From assembly GCA_046563655.1 (NCBI GenBank), contig CM102286.1:6696001-6760000 (forward strand): a stretch of 64,000 bases of DNA, written 5' to 3'. The notes below the pieces were generated by a model, which ran no database searches, was not told where the DNA came from, and saw nothing but the letters and a program-made list of their open reading frames with translations. Made by a program: the position numbers and the translations under genes. Of this stretch, positions 50,507-64,000 are shown in pieces (positions within the stretch are counted from its first letter, which is position 1; every line of letters starts with the position of its first letter). The stretch is from Yuukianura sp. NJ FZ-2021 (Eukaryota).

Positions 50507-53500
50507 GTGAGCCACCAAAATTTCATTATTAGTGGACAAGTAACACACTCCCAGATTCCTTTTAAGTCAGGGCACAACTGACCTCTGACTAATGTACTTT
50601 CCCAAGTAGCTTCCCTTCAGTCCCATTTATTTCGCTGCTCTCCTGGACAGCCTCACATAATTCAATGTCCCTCTCCAATACAACGACATCTCCGCAATGT
50701 GACAGTTCTGGGATTACGCTGTCCTTGTCCCTCCGACTTCAGTTCTCGTATTAGCCATCCCATGTCCAGTGTCTCGGTGTCTCCCTTGTCACACCATTAC
50801 ATGGCATGACCATTCTATTCCAACTCTATTATCCTTGCGCCCATTCAACCAGCAAGCCCAACGCTGTCAAATTGCTTGACCGGATCATTACAGTTGACAT
50901 GCTACGCACTTCCAATATTTATGTGCCAATAATCCTTGCAAATGAAAATCAAAACTCAAAATCTGCCTAACTTTTACCCTTGCTCAAAGGTTCACAAATA
51001 AAAGCTAGGGGTAGGACCCGCTTCATCATTTTGACTTTCATTTAATCTTGCTTTCGCGTTTATCCGTGATCCCAGTTTGAATTTCCAACTCAATTGCAAT
51101 TAGTAAATTCCAAGGGTAAAGTATGGGACAGGCGAAGTAGTTGTAAACATCACAAGTTCCGACGTTAACGCCTGAAATGGTTTTAAATTAAATATAGCAG
51201 TCAATCCCTCGTGCGCCTAATATAAATATTACCATCATTTCTTTTTACATTGTTGAGAAGCCAAGGATGACCTGGCGAAAGCGTGTTCGCTTTGAGAGGG
51301 TTCATTCTCCTGCTCATAACCTAGAAAAAATTTTTTACTTTGCTAAAAATATCGATTATGCGTGTTTCTATTTTTTCGGTATGCCTCATTCTTTAATTAA
51401 GAAAGCATATTAAACTTTATAAGCAATTGTGTTTAGAAAAACTTCCTGGAGACAACGTTAGATCTCGCAATCCTAAGTGTACATTGGGTTTAACACGATG
51501 ATTTGTCCATAACTGCATCACAAACTTTATTGTACATTTTGTAAGCATAAAACTTTTTAGTTCTATCAAAAACGTCGAGGCAAAACAATTAAAGGAACAG
51601 ACTAAACATTTGCATTGATGAAATTGAGTTTGTCTTTATAAGGGCAGCCAATTACCACAAGAATTGCGTGATTGTCAGAAATTACGATGTACGACACTTT
51701 GCCCTATAAGTGTTTAGGTGTATTTACACATCGCCTAATTCAATTGATGTCTTACACCATATGGTAACTTCTTTTTGAGTTTGTCTTAAGCCTTGAAATT
51801 TTGGAAACGCAAATTTAATTGTCAGTCATAGATAAAGTGTATAACAAAATACGCGTCCTCTTAAGCATCCTTTTCTCAGAGGAAGAATGATAATCTTGTC
51901 AGATGAACCTCCGCCTGTAGTAATTTCAACAAAGACTAGACGCTTATCGAAGTAGAATTTGGAATGTCCTTTTACGTAGTAAGTGGAGATGTGTAGGGTA
52001 GATACGTTTATCCTGTTTTCCAATCCAATTGTTCCTGGGCGTCGAGAATTACAGTGGGTTTTCTTTTTGTTTGATTGGATTAGTTTTAAATAAACTAAAA
52101 ACATATTTCATATCCAGTCCATTGAGGTTATTATGATTTGGGTGGATTCGTTCCTTATGTTCATTCTTTATGTTTGATGGGAAAGTCGTTGAGTAGAGGA
52201 AAGTGGTTGCTTTTCTTTTTAATATAGGAAAGTGCATTAGGGAAAGTGCGGTGGGAGTCCCTTGCCTTTCATCGAGTAATCAGCCTATTCCATTGAACTC
52301 AATATCCTGATTGCTTCCAGCCTCTTCACCTTGACTTCCTTCTGTTCTATTCTATGCTTTCCATGTAACTATTTCATACTGATTATTACCCATGTCCTCA
52401 ACGGCACTACAAAGTAAGAACCTTCGAATGTATATTATGTAGTGCTCCAGAGGCAATTGGAAAACCGCTTTCACCTTTGCAACAGAGATGTACAAGGGTT
52501 GAGAGTCCTGCTTTGTTGGGAGGGAAAAGCAATATGCTAATTGATGTTTACCTCTGTCGGTTCTTTTCTACCGCAAAGCATTGCTCCCAGTTACTTCTGA
52601 AACGTCTTGGTTGTTCCCATTTTCTACAACCCACCACCGCTAGAAGACCAAAACAAACCGCAAGGAACAGATTTAACTACACAATTCGACCAGCATAAAC
52701 ACTTCTTAGTTACTGTATACCAGCACATAAATTAACCTATAGAGTAGTAAATATTCCTTTAACAAGGAAAATATACTGTCCGTGGTTGTATTCATTTGTT
52801 TCGGAATATCGAATATCGAATGCCTTACTTATCGCTGCTGTAGCTGCCTTCTTTGTTCTTTCTTTGAAACGCTGTTTAATGCCTTAACGGAAAATACTAT
52901 GTAATAATGTAATATTACACTGACAATGAGTATTGAAATTCAATACTTACGTAAATAATTCTCACAATTCTCTTCAAAAGTTCAACCTAAGCTACACACT
53001 ATGAATTGCATTTCTTAACTAAAGTTAATATAGTTATCACGGTGTTTTTAAAAGTGCTTGCTCGTTTACTATATGCTTAACCAGACTATTCCAAAGCACT
53101 CGAGAAGGTGATTTTTGATTGGACGAGAGCATGGAGTAGTAACTATTGACTTGTTTCCACTTTTATTTTTTGCTTTGTTCTATTTTCGCAAAAAAGGCGT
53201 GCGGAACGGGAGACTGGCGGAAAATTCTGAGGTGACTTGATCCCACTGGGGATTGAGATTTGATTCTGTGGGTTAATAGTTAACAAGATAAAAAGAAAGA
53301 GAAAGTGGAGGAAAGAGGAAGTAACTTCTCTAGTCCCATGGCATCTCCATTCTTTACTTTCTTCTAACAAAGAAAGTAGTTAATGTATTGAACTCTCTAC
53401 CAACCCACGGAGACCAGGCAAAGAAAACTCCGCAAAATCAATGAGAAAATGAATTTTAGCTTCCAGTCACGTTTCTTTCTTTCCGCCCTCTTCCTTTTGG

Positions 53501-56500
53501 ACAGGGACAGACACCTTACCTGGCCAATCGATTGTCACACTCGGTTAAAATAACTAAAAGCACAACATAGACATCTCACTTCACACTGTCAACGACTCAA
53601 GTTCTATCTGAACCCACTTTTACTTGAATTAAACTGTCAAAGTTTGTAACCTCTGCAACAAAACTTAAATTAAAAATCTCCAAGCAATGTTTTGGATAGG
53701 ACTGTTATTTTACTCTTGATGTAAAAGTTCAATTCGTTCAGTTTTTAGGTCATGACTTTTCTTGTTAATTTTTTATCCCTTGCACGCTTGAGTCCTTTGC
53801 TAGAATTCTTCATTTGGGGATCTACGTTTCAGTTGAAGTTGAGAAGCTGGTTGGAAGAGACAGAAGGATATTGATACCCTCTTTAGCGAATGAAATTTAT
53901 CGAAGTGGGATAGTCCGGAACGTGATGGTCTCTTTTCCCACTTTCTCTCTCCCACTTCTGCCACCACCAAGGAAAAGTTCGTTAGTGCTTCCCGTAAATG
54001 ATAGAGAAAGTACTATTGAGGTTACACTAAACTGCTCAGTGAGACACTCCCCAGCATAGTGAAACGCTCTTTACTTTCTCCCTTGTCGAATGGAAACCTC
54101 ATTGCAATCTGCGTACGAAATGAACGGCTGTTAGGTGGTGGGTTGTAGAACTGTTGGTTGACTTTTAGTGCTGACACTGCAACTGAGAAGTTGAAATGGA
54201 GGGGGAAAGCGTGTAAAAGGCATCAATTAAGCCATAGTTCATTATTCCCTTCTTCCTAAGAGGGAGCAAACGACGCCCTTTATTTCTTCCATTTCCATTC
54301 TCAGATTCTAATTCAATGAGAGGCGGAAGATTAAGAGGAGGGAAAATATTTAAAGAATGGAGAAGGCACAAAACGCCAGAGAAATTCAATCTAATGACGC
54401 GTGCAAATTATTCGCTTTCTCTCTGCTTTCTCCAAACTGTTTGTAATCAAAGGAGAAGTTAAACAGATTAGTCCTAAGCCCTCATTCATTCTCACACAGA
54501 GAGAATCAATAGGAGAGGCAGTTGGGCGTTTAATTCCGTCTGTCTTATTTCATTTATCAAGTTACGCAGGACCATTTAAGTAGTATTTAGTTTCTAACAT
54601 GTCTTTCCAAGGATCTAATGCAATGATGTTTGACAACAGCAAATGGGATAAAGTCTTTAACTGTTTTCAACTTTAGGCTATGCTTATGCGTTTGAACCTT
54701 GATGAGATTCAGACAAACTTTTGGGCGGGTGGAGTCCCTGAGCGCTGCTACTATGGCGAGACAGCTCTCTTTTGTAAAGTTGATGATGATGATTATAATT
54801 AGTTCATATCCAAAGTTTCATTTCAACTCAAAATTTCCTCCCTGTCAGACTCAAGGGAAGGAAAGAAAACAAAGTTTTTGGTAAGATAGCCTTGCTTAAA
54901 AGAAGGATATTTTTTCGTCTTCTGGGAGAAAGTGGGGAAAGTAGAACAAGAGAATTAGAGAATCTCTCATCTCTCGCAGCCTTTGTTCATTGCCATACTG
55001 AAACTGGCAGAATTCTTTTATTCATCTCATCATAAATCATGAGAGGCTGAAGAGATCCACTTTCCAAAAGGGAGAACTAACATTTCTAATTCCACAAGGG
55101 AGTAGACGGCCATAGACCTTCTTTCCTTCTTTTGTTCTCCTGTCATAATGGAACAGAGAACAAAGTTCATATTAATTTCTTTTCGTGTAATTCCAGTGTC
55201 AGACTTTCATTTCCAAGTAGGAAACGACGCAGTTCTTCTCAAAACCGATACCCTTAACTGTCACCCTCCTGTCACGCTCTCCCTGACATTTGTGGCACCT
55301 CTACGGTCATCTACCCAGATTTCCTAGACAAGCCTTTGAAATTTTAGAATTGTCATTCCTGACAAAGATCTTTGTCAAAACTTGGATTTGAGGCACGTGG
55401 AAAGGCGGGGACGGGAGAAGCGCAAGAACTAGAGCGTAAATTGGGTCACATCTTATGAGAAGCCGAAACTCGTTTCGAGATGAAGATTGGAGATAGGACC
55501 TAAGCGATTTCCACTTATCTTTTAAAAGCAACGCCGATACAATTTCAGAGAGGCGAACTTGAGCTTCCGAACAAAATGAGGTAATGGAGTTAAAGTTCTT
55601 TCTTTGCGGAATCCAGGTTTCCTTGGATACGGAACACGAGCTCTACGTCACTTTGATTTTTGTCTGAGTAGTTTCGGTCTCAGGTTGGTAAAGGTTGGTT
55701 TGAATTATCAAAGGACAGAGTGGAAAAAGAAGAGGCCTTGAACGAAGTCTTGAAATTCAAGGAGTCTGTTTGCCCAGTTTGTGTAGGAAGAGAAAGCAGC
55801 ATGCCTGTTTGGCTGAAGGAGGGCAGGCAGAAAGTCCGTTTGGACGAAACGTAGAAAGTGGTCTTGACTTGACGAATGATTTTAGAATTCCCGGTGGGCC
55901 TTTCCCTTCGTTTTAAAGAAAGAGGGTCAATCCAACAATAAAATGAACAAAGGGAAGGCGGAGGGAAAGTGAAGAAAACGAATTCTCATCCACTTCTTTA
56001 CTGTACTATTTTCTCCCGCATATGCCAATGTTCTTTCTATTATTCCATCCACGTTGTTCTACGGGTGGATTGTAGGTTCCCTTTGCCTTTCTCCGTTGAA
56101 TGTAAGAAAAAAAAGGCACACTGCAGTGCACATAAAAGCAAGGAAGGCGAGCAAAAGGCTTTAAGATTGAGACACATTCGGCCAATCTTATCGTTGTTCC
56201 TATTTGAGGCGGGATTCAGAAGAATGAAGAACCAAAATGCACAATCTTTTATTTGGATTAGAAGACAAGAAGGAACCATGTACTGAATGTTTGCTTTTGC
56301 TTTGGTTTTTCAAAACAATCGTGGCGGTCCTCAGATGCGTCAAGAGATTACTTCTTTTCCTTCTTCCAGTTTCATCTTTACATAAACAGTTTCCAGCATC
56401 TTGAAAAGAAAAGATCTTCTACACTAGTATTCTTCTCCGGAGCCAAATCCTTGGAGCGTATTTCCCAAATAAATGAAAAGTAAAACCCATAGCCTAAATT

Positions 56501-58821
56501 TGACTATACTATTTAAAACTTCGGCTTAAAATCAATAGCGAAACCCTAAAAATCAGTCTCATTTTCTACGTACGCCAAAAAAGTAAGTGTTTGCTCAGTG
56601 ACGCATTCTGTTGTGAAAATCGGTTAAAACTCTACTTTGAAAATAATTTGGAAACCAAAGTCCCAGTGCTCTCTCCGCTTGTCAGGAATTTTGGCGACTC
56701 GCCGAACCCGAAGTGAAAGTTGTGGGCTGTTCACTTTTGGTTTGAGTTTCTGAAATTAACTAGCGGTTTCCATTCTAGTTCGGATCGACTTTTGTGCTGT
56801 TTTTGAGATAAGTCCAAAAGCTAACATGGACCTGATTTCCATTTCCTGGCCTCTTCCCCATGTCATTGTGGTGGAAAGTCATGTGCGATAATTAAATGAG
56901 AAAGATCAATATTCTGCTCATGAATAATCCAACAGAGTAGCAAATGCTTTGTTCTTTGCCCCTGGGCCCCACTGGGCTCCACCAACCAAACCCACAGTCG
57001 TCCCAATTAAAGTACTCCCAAAGAGGGGGCAATGGGGGGAACATGCCTCAAAAGAGCCTCTAATGCCGTGTTTGGAAAACCCACTTTTTGAACAAAACGA
57101 ATCTCGCATATTTTAAACGCCAAAGCGACTCAACACTCCTGCCGAATCCAAGTATTGTTTCAAAAGCTCATTTCCCATTCTGTATAAGTAGTGCATAGGC
57201 ACAAATAAGTTGTACAACTCCGCTTGTCTTCGTGTTGGGCCCCAGAATTGGGTTAGTAGTTGACTAGTGGAGTGTCTTGTTTGTACTAGTTACACACTTG
57301 GCACTTGAATTTTTGATTAGGAGGGGGAGAACCTTGTCCAAAAAACGTAGAAAACTGTTTTCCTTGGAGACTTTCAGCCCGGCTTTCTCCTTCCTCGAAT
57401 GTAAATCGTGCTTTAAGCAACCGAGACAAAGTGACGAGCAGGAGACCATTGTTCGAGCGACAGAAAGTGTTTGAAAAAGAGAATTATTTGTGAAATGTGG
57501 AAATATATGGAGGAGGAGGTGGGATTTTGAGAACGCTAAAGCGATCCTGGTGGTAATTGGAAGTGATATTTTGATGGATAATGTGTATCCAGGGGAAGCA
57601 GTAGCATCTAACAATTTATCCATTGTCTCCTGGGATTCAGTCCAACCTCTGTCTTTTCTCCTATTCAGTACCCATACGTCTTCCTTCTATTATTCAAATC
57701 GACGCCTCGCATATTGAAATAAATGACTCGGGTCCTAGTCCCCGCCAAAGTTTTGTCTCTTCGCTAGAAACTTTAGTCGTTTTGCACAATTGTTCTTCAT
57801 ACTTTTGGATAAGTTGACCAACTCAGTTGAAGATATGCAGGGATACTTTCATGAATTGCGACTAAAGCATTCAAACACAAACGCTTTTCAAATTCATTTG
57901 AAAATCACACTTTTAGAATCGGGCAATGACTTTAGTGGTCAATGGAATTGTTTGGTGTTTAGCACGAGAGAATCAAAAAATTAATAATATAAAAGAGAAA
58001 GTAGGGGAAATGAGGCTTTGGAGCGCGCCTTGCTGCCTCTCCCTAAGCAAAGCCGAGCCTATGAGTCCTAAAATGTATAAATTTTTAATAGTTACGTATA
58101 AATTATGAGATGAGGTGGAGGAACATTGTTTCTTATGGTATGCCCCAACATAATGGAGGGCATTTGTGAATGTAGGAAAGGCATTTTAAAATATGGGAGT
58201 TTAATTACAAAATACTTGAGTAAGAACCAGGAGACCTCTCCCAGCTGGAACTCAGTTTAATTTCCTAATGAAAGTTTTTGGACTAATCAAACGAGCTTTG
58301 CGGTTACATTAATTTCATCTGTGGTGCGTTCCAGAGCTTAAGTACACGGAGAGTACCCGCCTCGAAGAACCTTAAGCCTCGCCCACTTCACTTCATCCTT
58401 CACAAGAAACTTTCAGCCATTAGCAGCATTCCTCATGAAGCGCAAACTAAATCTGCTTGCTCTTTACGCCGCTGCTGCTAAGACTAAGCCTCAATGAAGC
58501 CGCATTACCCGCCACTTCGTACCATAAACCCAAACTTCCCGACTTTTCCAGAAGGGGAGACTGTTTTACTGCGATTAATTGCAACTTCCTATTGCACATT
58601 TGTGGTATCGCCTATGCTGATTACACTTTCACGAACAGCATTTTTCCCAAAATCCAAAAAAATTAATTCACTTACCAACTTAGTCACTGTTCCTTTGCTC
58701 CAAATTGCTCCTAATTAGAAAAGTTTGTTAGGAAACATACATCAAACACAGAAACACCACTAACATACTATCTACAAAACAGCTTCTAACTAATAATTAA
58801 CAATTTTCTTTCCAATTGCAG

Positions 58822-58932
58822 TTCCACCAATGAAACCAACGATTTTTGACGGTACTGGTAGAGATATCGGCGGAATCGCGGGTCCGTACACCGAAGATTC
58901 CACAATGTCCTTGACTTGCGTTGCATCCGGTG
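58822..58932 (+). CDS. Sidestep-family Ig protein exon (first half of Ig domain 2)
   Basis: Acceptor TTGCAG, donor G|GTAAGT; encodes VPPMKPTIFDGTGRDIGGIAGPYTEDSTMSLTCVASG; phases match both neighbours. Confidence 0.92.
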
Positions 58933-60637
58933 GTAAGTTCATCCTGCTTGCTTTTTAAATCCAATTTTAGAAAAACAAAAAAATTGAATTGCTTCTACAT
59001 GCAACAGTTGTTGTTTGTTGGACCAACTTTGTAACAATCAAATATTTAGAACAAAACTTTTTGAAAATGGACTTTCTTCTCAGCTTTCACTGAATAAGTA
59101 AAACTGTCCAAACTGGGCTAGAGTGCTCATGTATCAAATATGATCTTAAAAAGTTTCAGTCGATCAATATCGCATCACGGATTTGAGAAATTGTGTGACC
59201 TGCTTAAAATTTCTCATTTCAGTTTTACAATAAAATTCCATTTGATGCATTTGAGAAATCAATTTGTCTATTGCTCATGAATAAATGAATCAGAAACCAT
59301 TTCTCAGTCTTATCGACAGCGTGTGAACCTCGGGAGAGGCAATTTCGTTTCTTCTGAGAAAGTGGGACGCTGGAAAGTAGACGTTTATGGGGAAAGCGGT
59401 GTGAAGACTTTGTATTATTTTTCGGAAGGCTTGGGGATCCCGCCCATTGGACTCACTGCTACACAGAAGGCGACATTAGCATATCGCGGGATTGGATGAG
59501 ATGTGGGTGACTAGGTGGGCGGATGAGTAGCCCCAAGTCTTCCATTCCTTCATCTCGCTACGACATTCCGCTACTTCTAGCCTTTTCTGGCCTACACTAC
59601 TCCACGGAAGCACTAACTTTCCCAGTAGTCTGAACTATTACAATAAAAAGTAGACAGGAGAATAGGAATTGTACGTTCGACGCTGAATAAAATCGTTGAA
59701 TATTTCCTTACATTTCAATTCTCCTTCTCTCCGCACACAATTTGACTTTAAAATCAAAACGCTAAAGTGCCTGAGAGGAAAAGATCTGTATGGCTTCATC
59801 TCCAATTGCAGCGGATAAGGTCCCGTATGAGCGGTTTAGTTAAAAGGTTCCATCTGAATTAAAAGGATAGAAGAGACAGGGACAGAGAACATGCTAAAAA
59901 TGTAAACTAAACTTTTATGTGAAAAGTAGACCCGCTTTTACTTTCACCACCTTCGGTTAGGAGAGAGGAGTGAGGAGCATAATAAAAATGTCACCTAAAA
60001 GGATGTAAGTCTCTCATCTAAAAAGCACTTTCTCCTAATATAGATGATGACGCTAGTAAAGTTGAAACTTCTATTTCATTACAATTTAGAGCTGTCGACA
60101 GGGGGAAAGTCTTTTTATTCGTTTCTACACAGGAGGACTTTCTCCTGCCGATCCTTATGTAGATTAAACTTTGACCAATTTATTCTAACTCAAGAAAAGT
60201 TTCTGTTCTACACTTTAATTCTTTGATGGAAGGGAAGTACTATGAAGTTGTGTGTGGACTCCAGGGGAAAAGAACGCTTTTCTAATAGTCAAGTTATAAA
60301 TTTTGAAGGCAACACCGGTTTGGCTCTCGGCTTATTCATGCAATTTTAAAATGCATTTCATGAAAAACCTCTGCCACACGACCACAAACTGGCTTTCCCT
60401 TCTAATGCAAAGGGAAAGGAAATGCTTGGAGTTTACTTTGGTAAATGCATACACAAAATGGAATTTTCAAAACAAACATCTTGTTGTAAAGTTAACAAGG
60501 TTGCCAGTCTCGAAAGTTGTTTAAGAGTACTACAAACATGGCAATATTTTGCTAATAAACTTCTTTTTGCAATCAATAGTGAATTCTAACGAAGTGTGAA
60601 ATACATTTCATATTTTCTAACTTTTGCTTGTTTCCAG

Positions 60638-60844
60638 GTCGTCCACCTCCAAAAGTGACGTGGTGGCGTGGTGGAGGTCTTCTGGATGATTCCTACAAGG
60701 TGATAAATTTTGAAGGAGCAGTTCAGAACAAACTGGAAGTTTTGGGTCTGACACGAACTGACCTCCATGCTGTTTTCACATGTCAAGCGAGTAACAACAA
60801 CATGAGCGATCCCGTCATCACTTCTGTTCAAGTGGAAATGTATT
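60638..60844 (+). CDS. Sidestep-family Ig protein exon (second half of Ig domain 2); gene continues beyond the window
   Basis: Acceptor TTTCCAG, donor T|GTAAGT; encodes GRPPPKVTWWRGGGLLDDSY..NKLEVLGLTRTDLHAVFTCQASNNNMSDPVITSVQVEMY. Confidence 0.93.
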
Positions 60845-63800
60845 GTAAGTCCCTTTCTAACTAAAAAAACTCTAGCCTTATATTACTTGTACAACAAAAA
60901 TGCAAATAGTGAAAGTCCTACGGAAATTCATGGAGTAGTAGAGAAATGGAAGAGAAAGTCTGGGTTGGAACTTTGTGTGGTGTACAAAGTTCTTAATGTG
61001 TTTGTTTTCTCAGACAGAAAACTGGGAAGTGGATCACTTCCCAAGGGAATTCGCTGGCGCTAATTCTATTCATATTTCATTCAATTTCCAATTTCACAAG
61101 GACCAACAGTAACCGAGTGCCTAGCCTGCTCCTTGTCTTTTAATAACTTGAAACTTTGGAGAGGCATGGCGGGAGAGTTTGAAATAGTTTGAAAGTAAAT
61201 GGAGGCGGGATAGAATTATCATGGTGTCAACGGGTGCTGCTGTTTGAGAGAGAAAGGAGAGAAATGCAAGCAATCTCAGCGACTTTCTCCTGTGTAGTTT
61301 TTCCAAATGTGGATTTGGATGGGAGTTGTATAGTGGTTTCGGAATAGTTTTAAAATTGTTTATGGCTCCAACCAAGAGAGAGGGTTTATGTGAAACGTGA
61401 TGGAGTTTGGAAGTAAAATATTTCCTTGATAGAAGCATAAATGGATGTTATAAATGTCAGTGGAAAGACCTACTGTCCAATTTCTCATATCGCACATTGT
61501 CTCACCCTACATCAATTCCCCACTGGAAGACAATCTGTCATATACGCCCACATTTGTCAAACGCTTTTGTTTCTATTTCCATCAAAGGCAACGCCATTTC
61601 CATGTCCATAAAGTGTTTCTCCGACTTTAGTTACACAGGCATATGTATGAAATATGTCAAGCATATTTAATTCTAACGACAAAAAGTAGGGTGAAAGTAA
61701 AATGCAAAGAAGCTTATGCATTTCGTGCCTCTGGTGCTGAGGTTGTACGTTACATGTAATTCTGGTAAAAGGAAATTAGGGTTTCATTAAAAATCCTAAT
61801 CCGCCTTGAAAGGGAGGAAAAAAGCTGAAAGAGAAAGTCTTCTTCATATTTCCGTCTCCGCAACGCTGCAAACGGGCGAGTATACGAGAGACTCAATGTT
61901 GGCGGAGGTGAATAAATGGAAGGATTAAGTAGAGACGTAGGCAGAGCAGAGGTCATGGAGGTTCATGAGCCAAGGGGAAAGAAATGAAGATGATGAAAGC
62001 GGAAACCCGCCTTGTTTGAAAAGGAAGCAGAAATCGATACGTGCATCCTATCATAACTGATCCAAGCATGTTCCTGGACAGTCACATCAAAATACACGAC
62101 CAGTATTTTGTTAGTCTTTCAAAAAATGAACTTTTCAAAAAAAAATCTTAGGCAAAAATTCATTCACGATTGCACAAGCCGGATATCAATGACAAAGAAG
62201 TTTTTAAATGACTAATCCTGCGCCTGGGAGCCTGCTTTTCAATTGTCAAAAATTTTAAACGTCTAAACCTTTCTTTTTGGGATTATGGATTAGCGTTGTT
62301 TTTATGCCGGCTAGGATAATTTAAGCAAAATTAATTCTGTGTTAAAGCAGCAATTAAGTTGGTTCGGAAAGAGGCGCATTAATTTAAATGTCGACGATGA
62401 TGCAAGGTTAGGTTACGGCCATTTGCCTTGTATTTCTTTGTTCACAGGAAGTCGAAGCCTCGTGCATGAGAAAATTGGACATTAAAATCTAGCAGCAGGG
62501 AGCCCCCTATTTCTTGGGAATCCTTATATCTAGTCACAGCCAAAACATCTCAATTTTGAATTCTCTGCGTTGAAACTGCTGAAGAGGTCTGCAAATTAAA
62601 TCCGCCAAGCCCACAACACCTTTAGTTCGTTTGAAGAAAATGGGGAGCGGCAGGAAACGCACACTTCCAAAGCAAACTAAGAACAAACACAAATTCCTTC
62701 CGAATTTTCACGCCTAGCACATGGAATCTCCCGCTTTCACGCCTGGATCCATAAGTATTTCAAATAGTTTCTTTGAACGATGAGTTTCATTTAACCAAGA
62801 CTCAAACCAACGTTTAACCTCTGGCATTTCACCTGTTATTCTTGTTAGTGAATTGTGAATTTTCAAGTACTTTAAAATTCTTGATTGTTAAGCTTAACAA
62901 TGACTTGCATTTTACTTTTCCAAGGTTAGGGAGTGGAATTAATTGCAATAATTGACAGTGACAAGGACAAATCCATTGAAGAATGTGTTAGGGCAGAGGT
63001 CCATTTGGATTGGCTTTTGTCCTTGTTGGTTTTGGAGAAAGCACATAAAATGCGATTGCCTAAAACCAGCCTGTAAATTGCTTTCCAGAAGCACGTAAAA
63101 ACTGAAAGAAAACAAAGAGCAGGTTTCCATTCTGCTTTGACGCTTTTCTCTCTCGTCATGCCAAACAATAGTTACCATAATTTTATGAAAGCAAAATACC
63201 CTTCCAACGCACGTTGTCCCTCCCAGCCTCGTTACAGTTCCCTCTAAAGTCTTTGCACGCCGAGGTCATCAAAATCAGTAATTTAAGAAAAATACTTACG
63301 CAGTGATGCTGTCATCGCGCTAAAGTGGACGCTTCTCACAAAGTCCTGGACAAAAAGTTTTGAAATGTTGAAAATTCACATTTGCAATCGAAATTCCATT
63401 CTGAAATTCAAAAACTCGCGTCTGTCTGTTTTAGGCGTTTTAGCTCTGAGTTAATTAGTATTTTGAGAATTCGCATTCAAAATGTGAAGCTTTCCGTTGT
63501 ATTATTACACTGTTTGCTCGTCGGTAAAAATTCTGGTGAGCTAATATTTTTTTTGGTTCTTTGTAAAAAAAAAAATTGTAACAAGATTTACAAAGTGCTA
63601 CAAACGTTCGTAAAATCGTGCTGCTTCCTGTTATTACCGTCGTGAAATAGAAGATGATTAGGTAAAGTTTTGTTACATGCGAAGAAAAAAGCTGAATCCT
63701 TCCAAAAACTCGGTTGAATTCAGAAAGAGGTCACTGGAGAAAAAAACTTCCATCGCGGAACAAAGCCCGTTGTTTAATGTAACGATGAAATAAGGTCGAA

Positions 63801-64000
63801 ACACAATGCAGATTACTTCAGGATAACAAAGAAGTAGAAGTAGAAGCCGGATAAGTTTTGGTTAAATTTGTAATAACATACTACGTATAAGCAACCACAG
63901 TGAAAACACAAAAGTCTAAAAGTTTCTGCGCTCCCATAATGGCAACAAAAGTTTATGTTCTTCTACTTTTATTGGGTTTCTTCAACCGGTACAAAATTGG

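Overview
This is AT-rich eukaryotic DNA, very probably arthropod (spliceosomal introns, TATA plus TCAGTT core promoters, a sidestep-family Ig gene). Host genes: a two-exon secreted Thr/Pro/Tyr/Arg decapeptide-repeat protein (2330..4094), and the first five recognisable coding exons of a sidestep-family Ig cell-surface gene (28562..60844, continuing past the window) with very long introns. The main discovery is a cleanly bounded 6256-bp integrated element (9760..16015) with AGT...ACT termini, a TATAG target-site duplication and inverted repeats of 1910 and 1987 bp. Each repeat carries an unknown 234-aa gene and an inward-facing TATA/Inr promoter. The 2.36-kb core holds two convergent genes: a C2H2 zinc-finger-fused Polinton/Maverick-type packaging ATPase (one frameshift), and an acidic protein ending in a Polinton/adenovirus pX-like 'QHGGFLPALL' domain. 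No recognisable pPolB, integrase, protease or capsid gene is present, so it looks like a streamlined non-autonomous mini-Polinton or satellite of a Polinton-like virus. Also present: an internally deleted hAT element with an 8-bp TSD, a 599-bp foldback hairpin, and a small element with Helitron-like ends. All family assignments come from motif recognition by eye; no database search was run.
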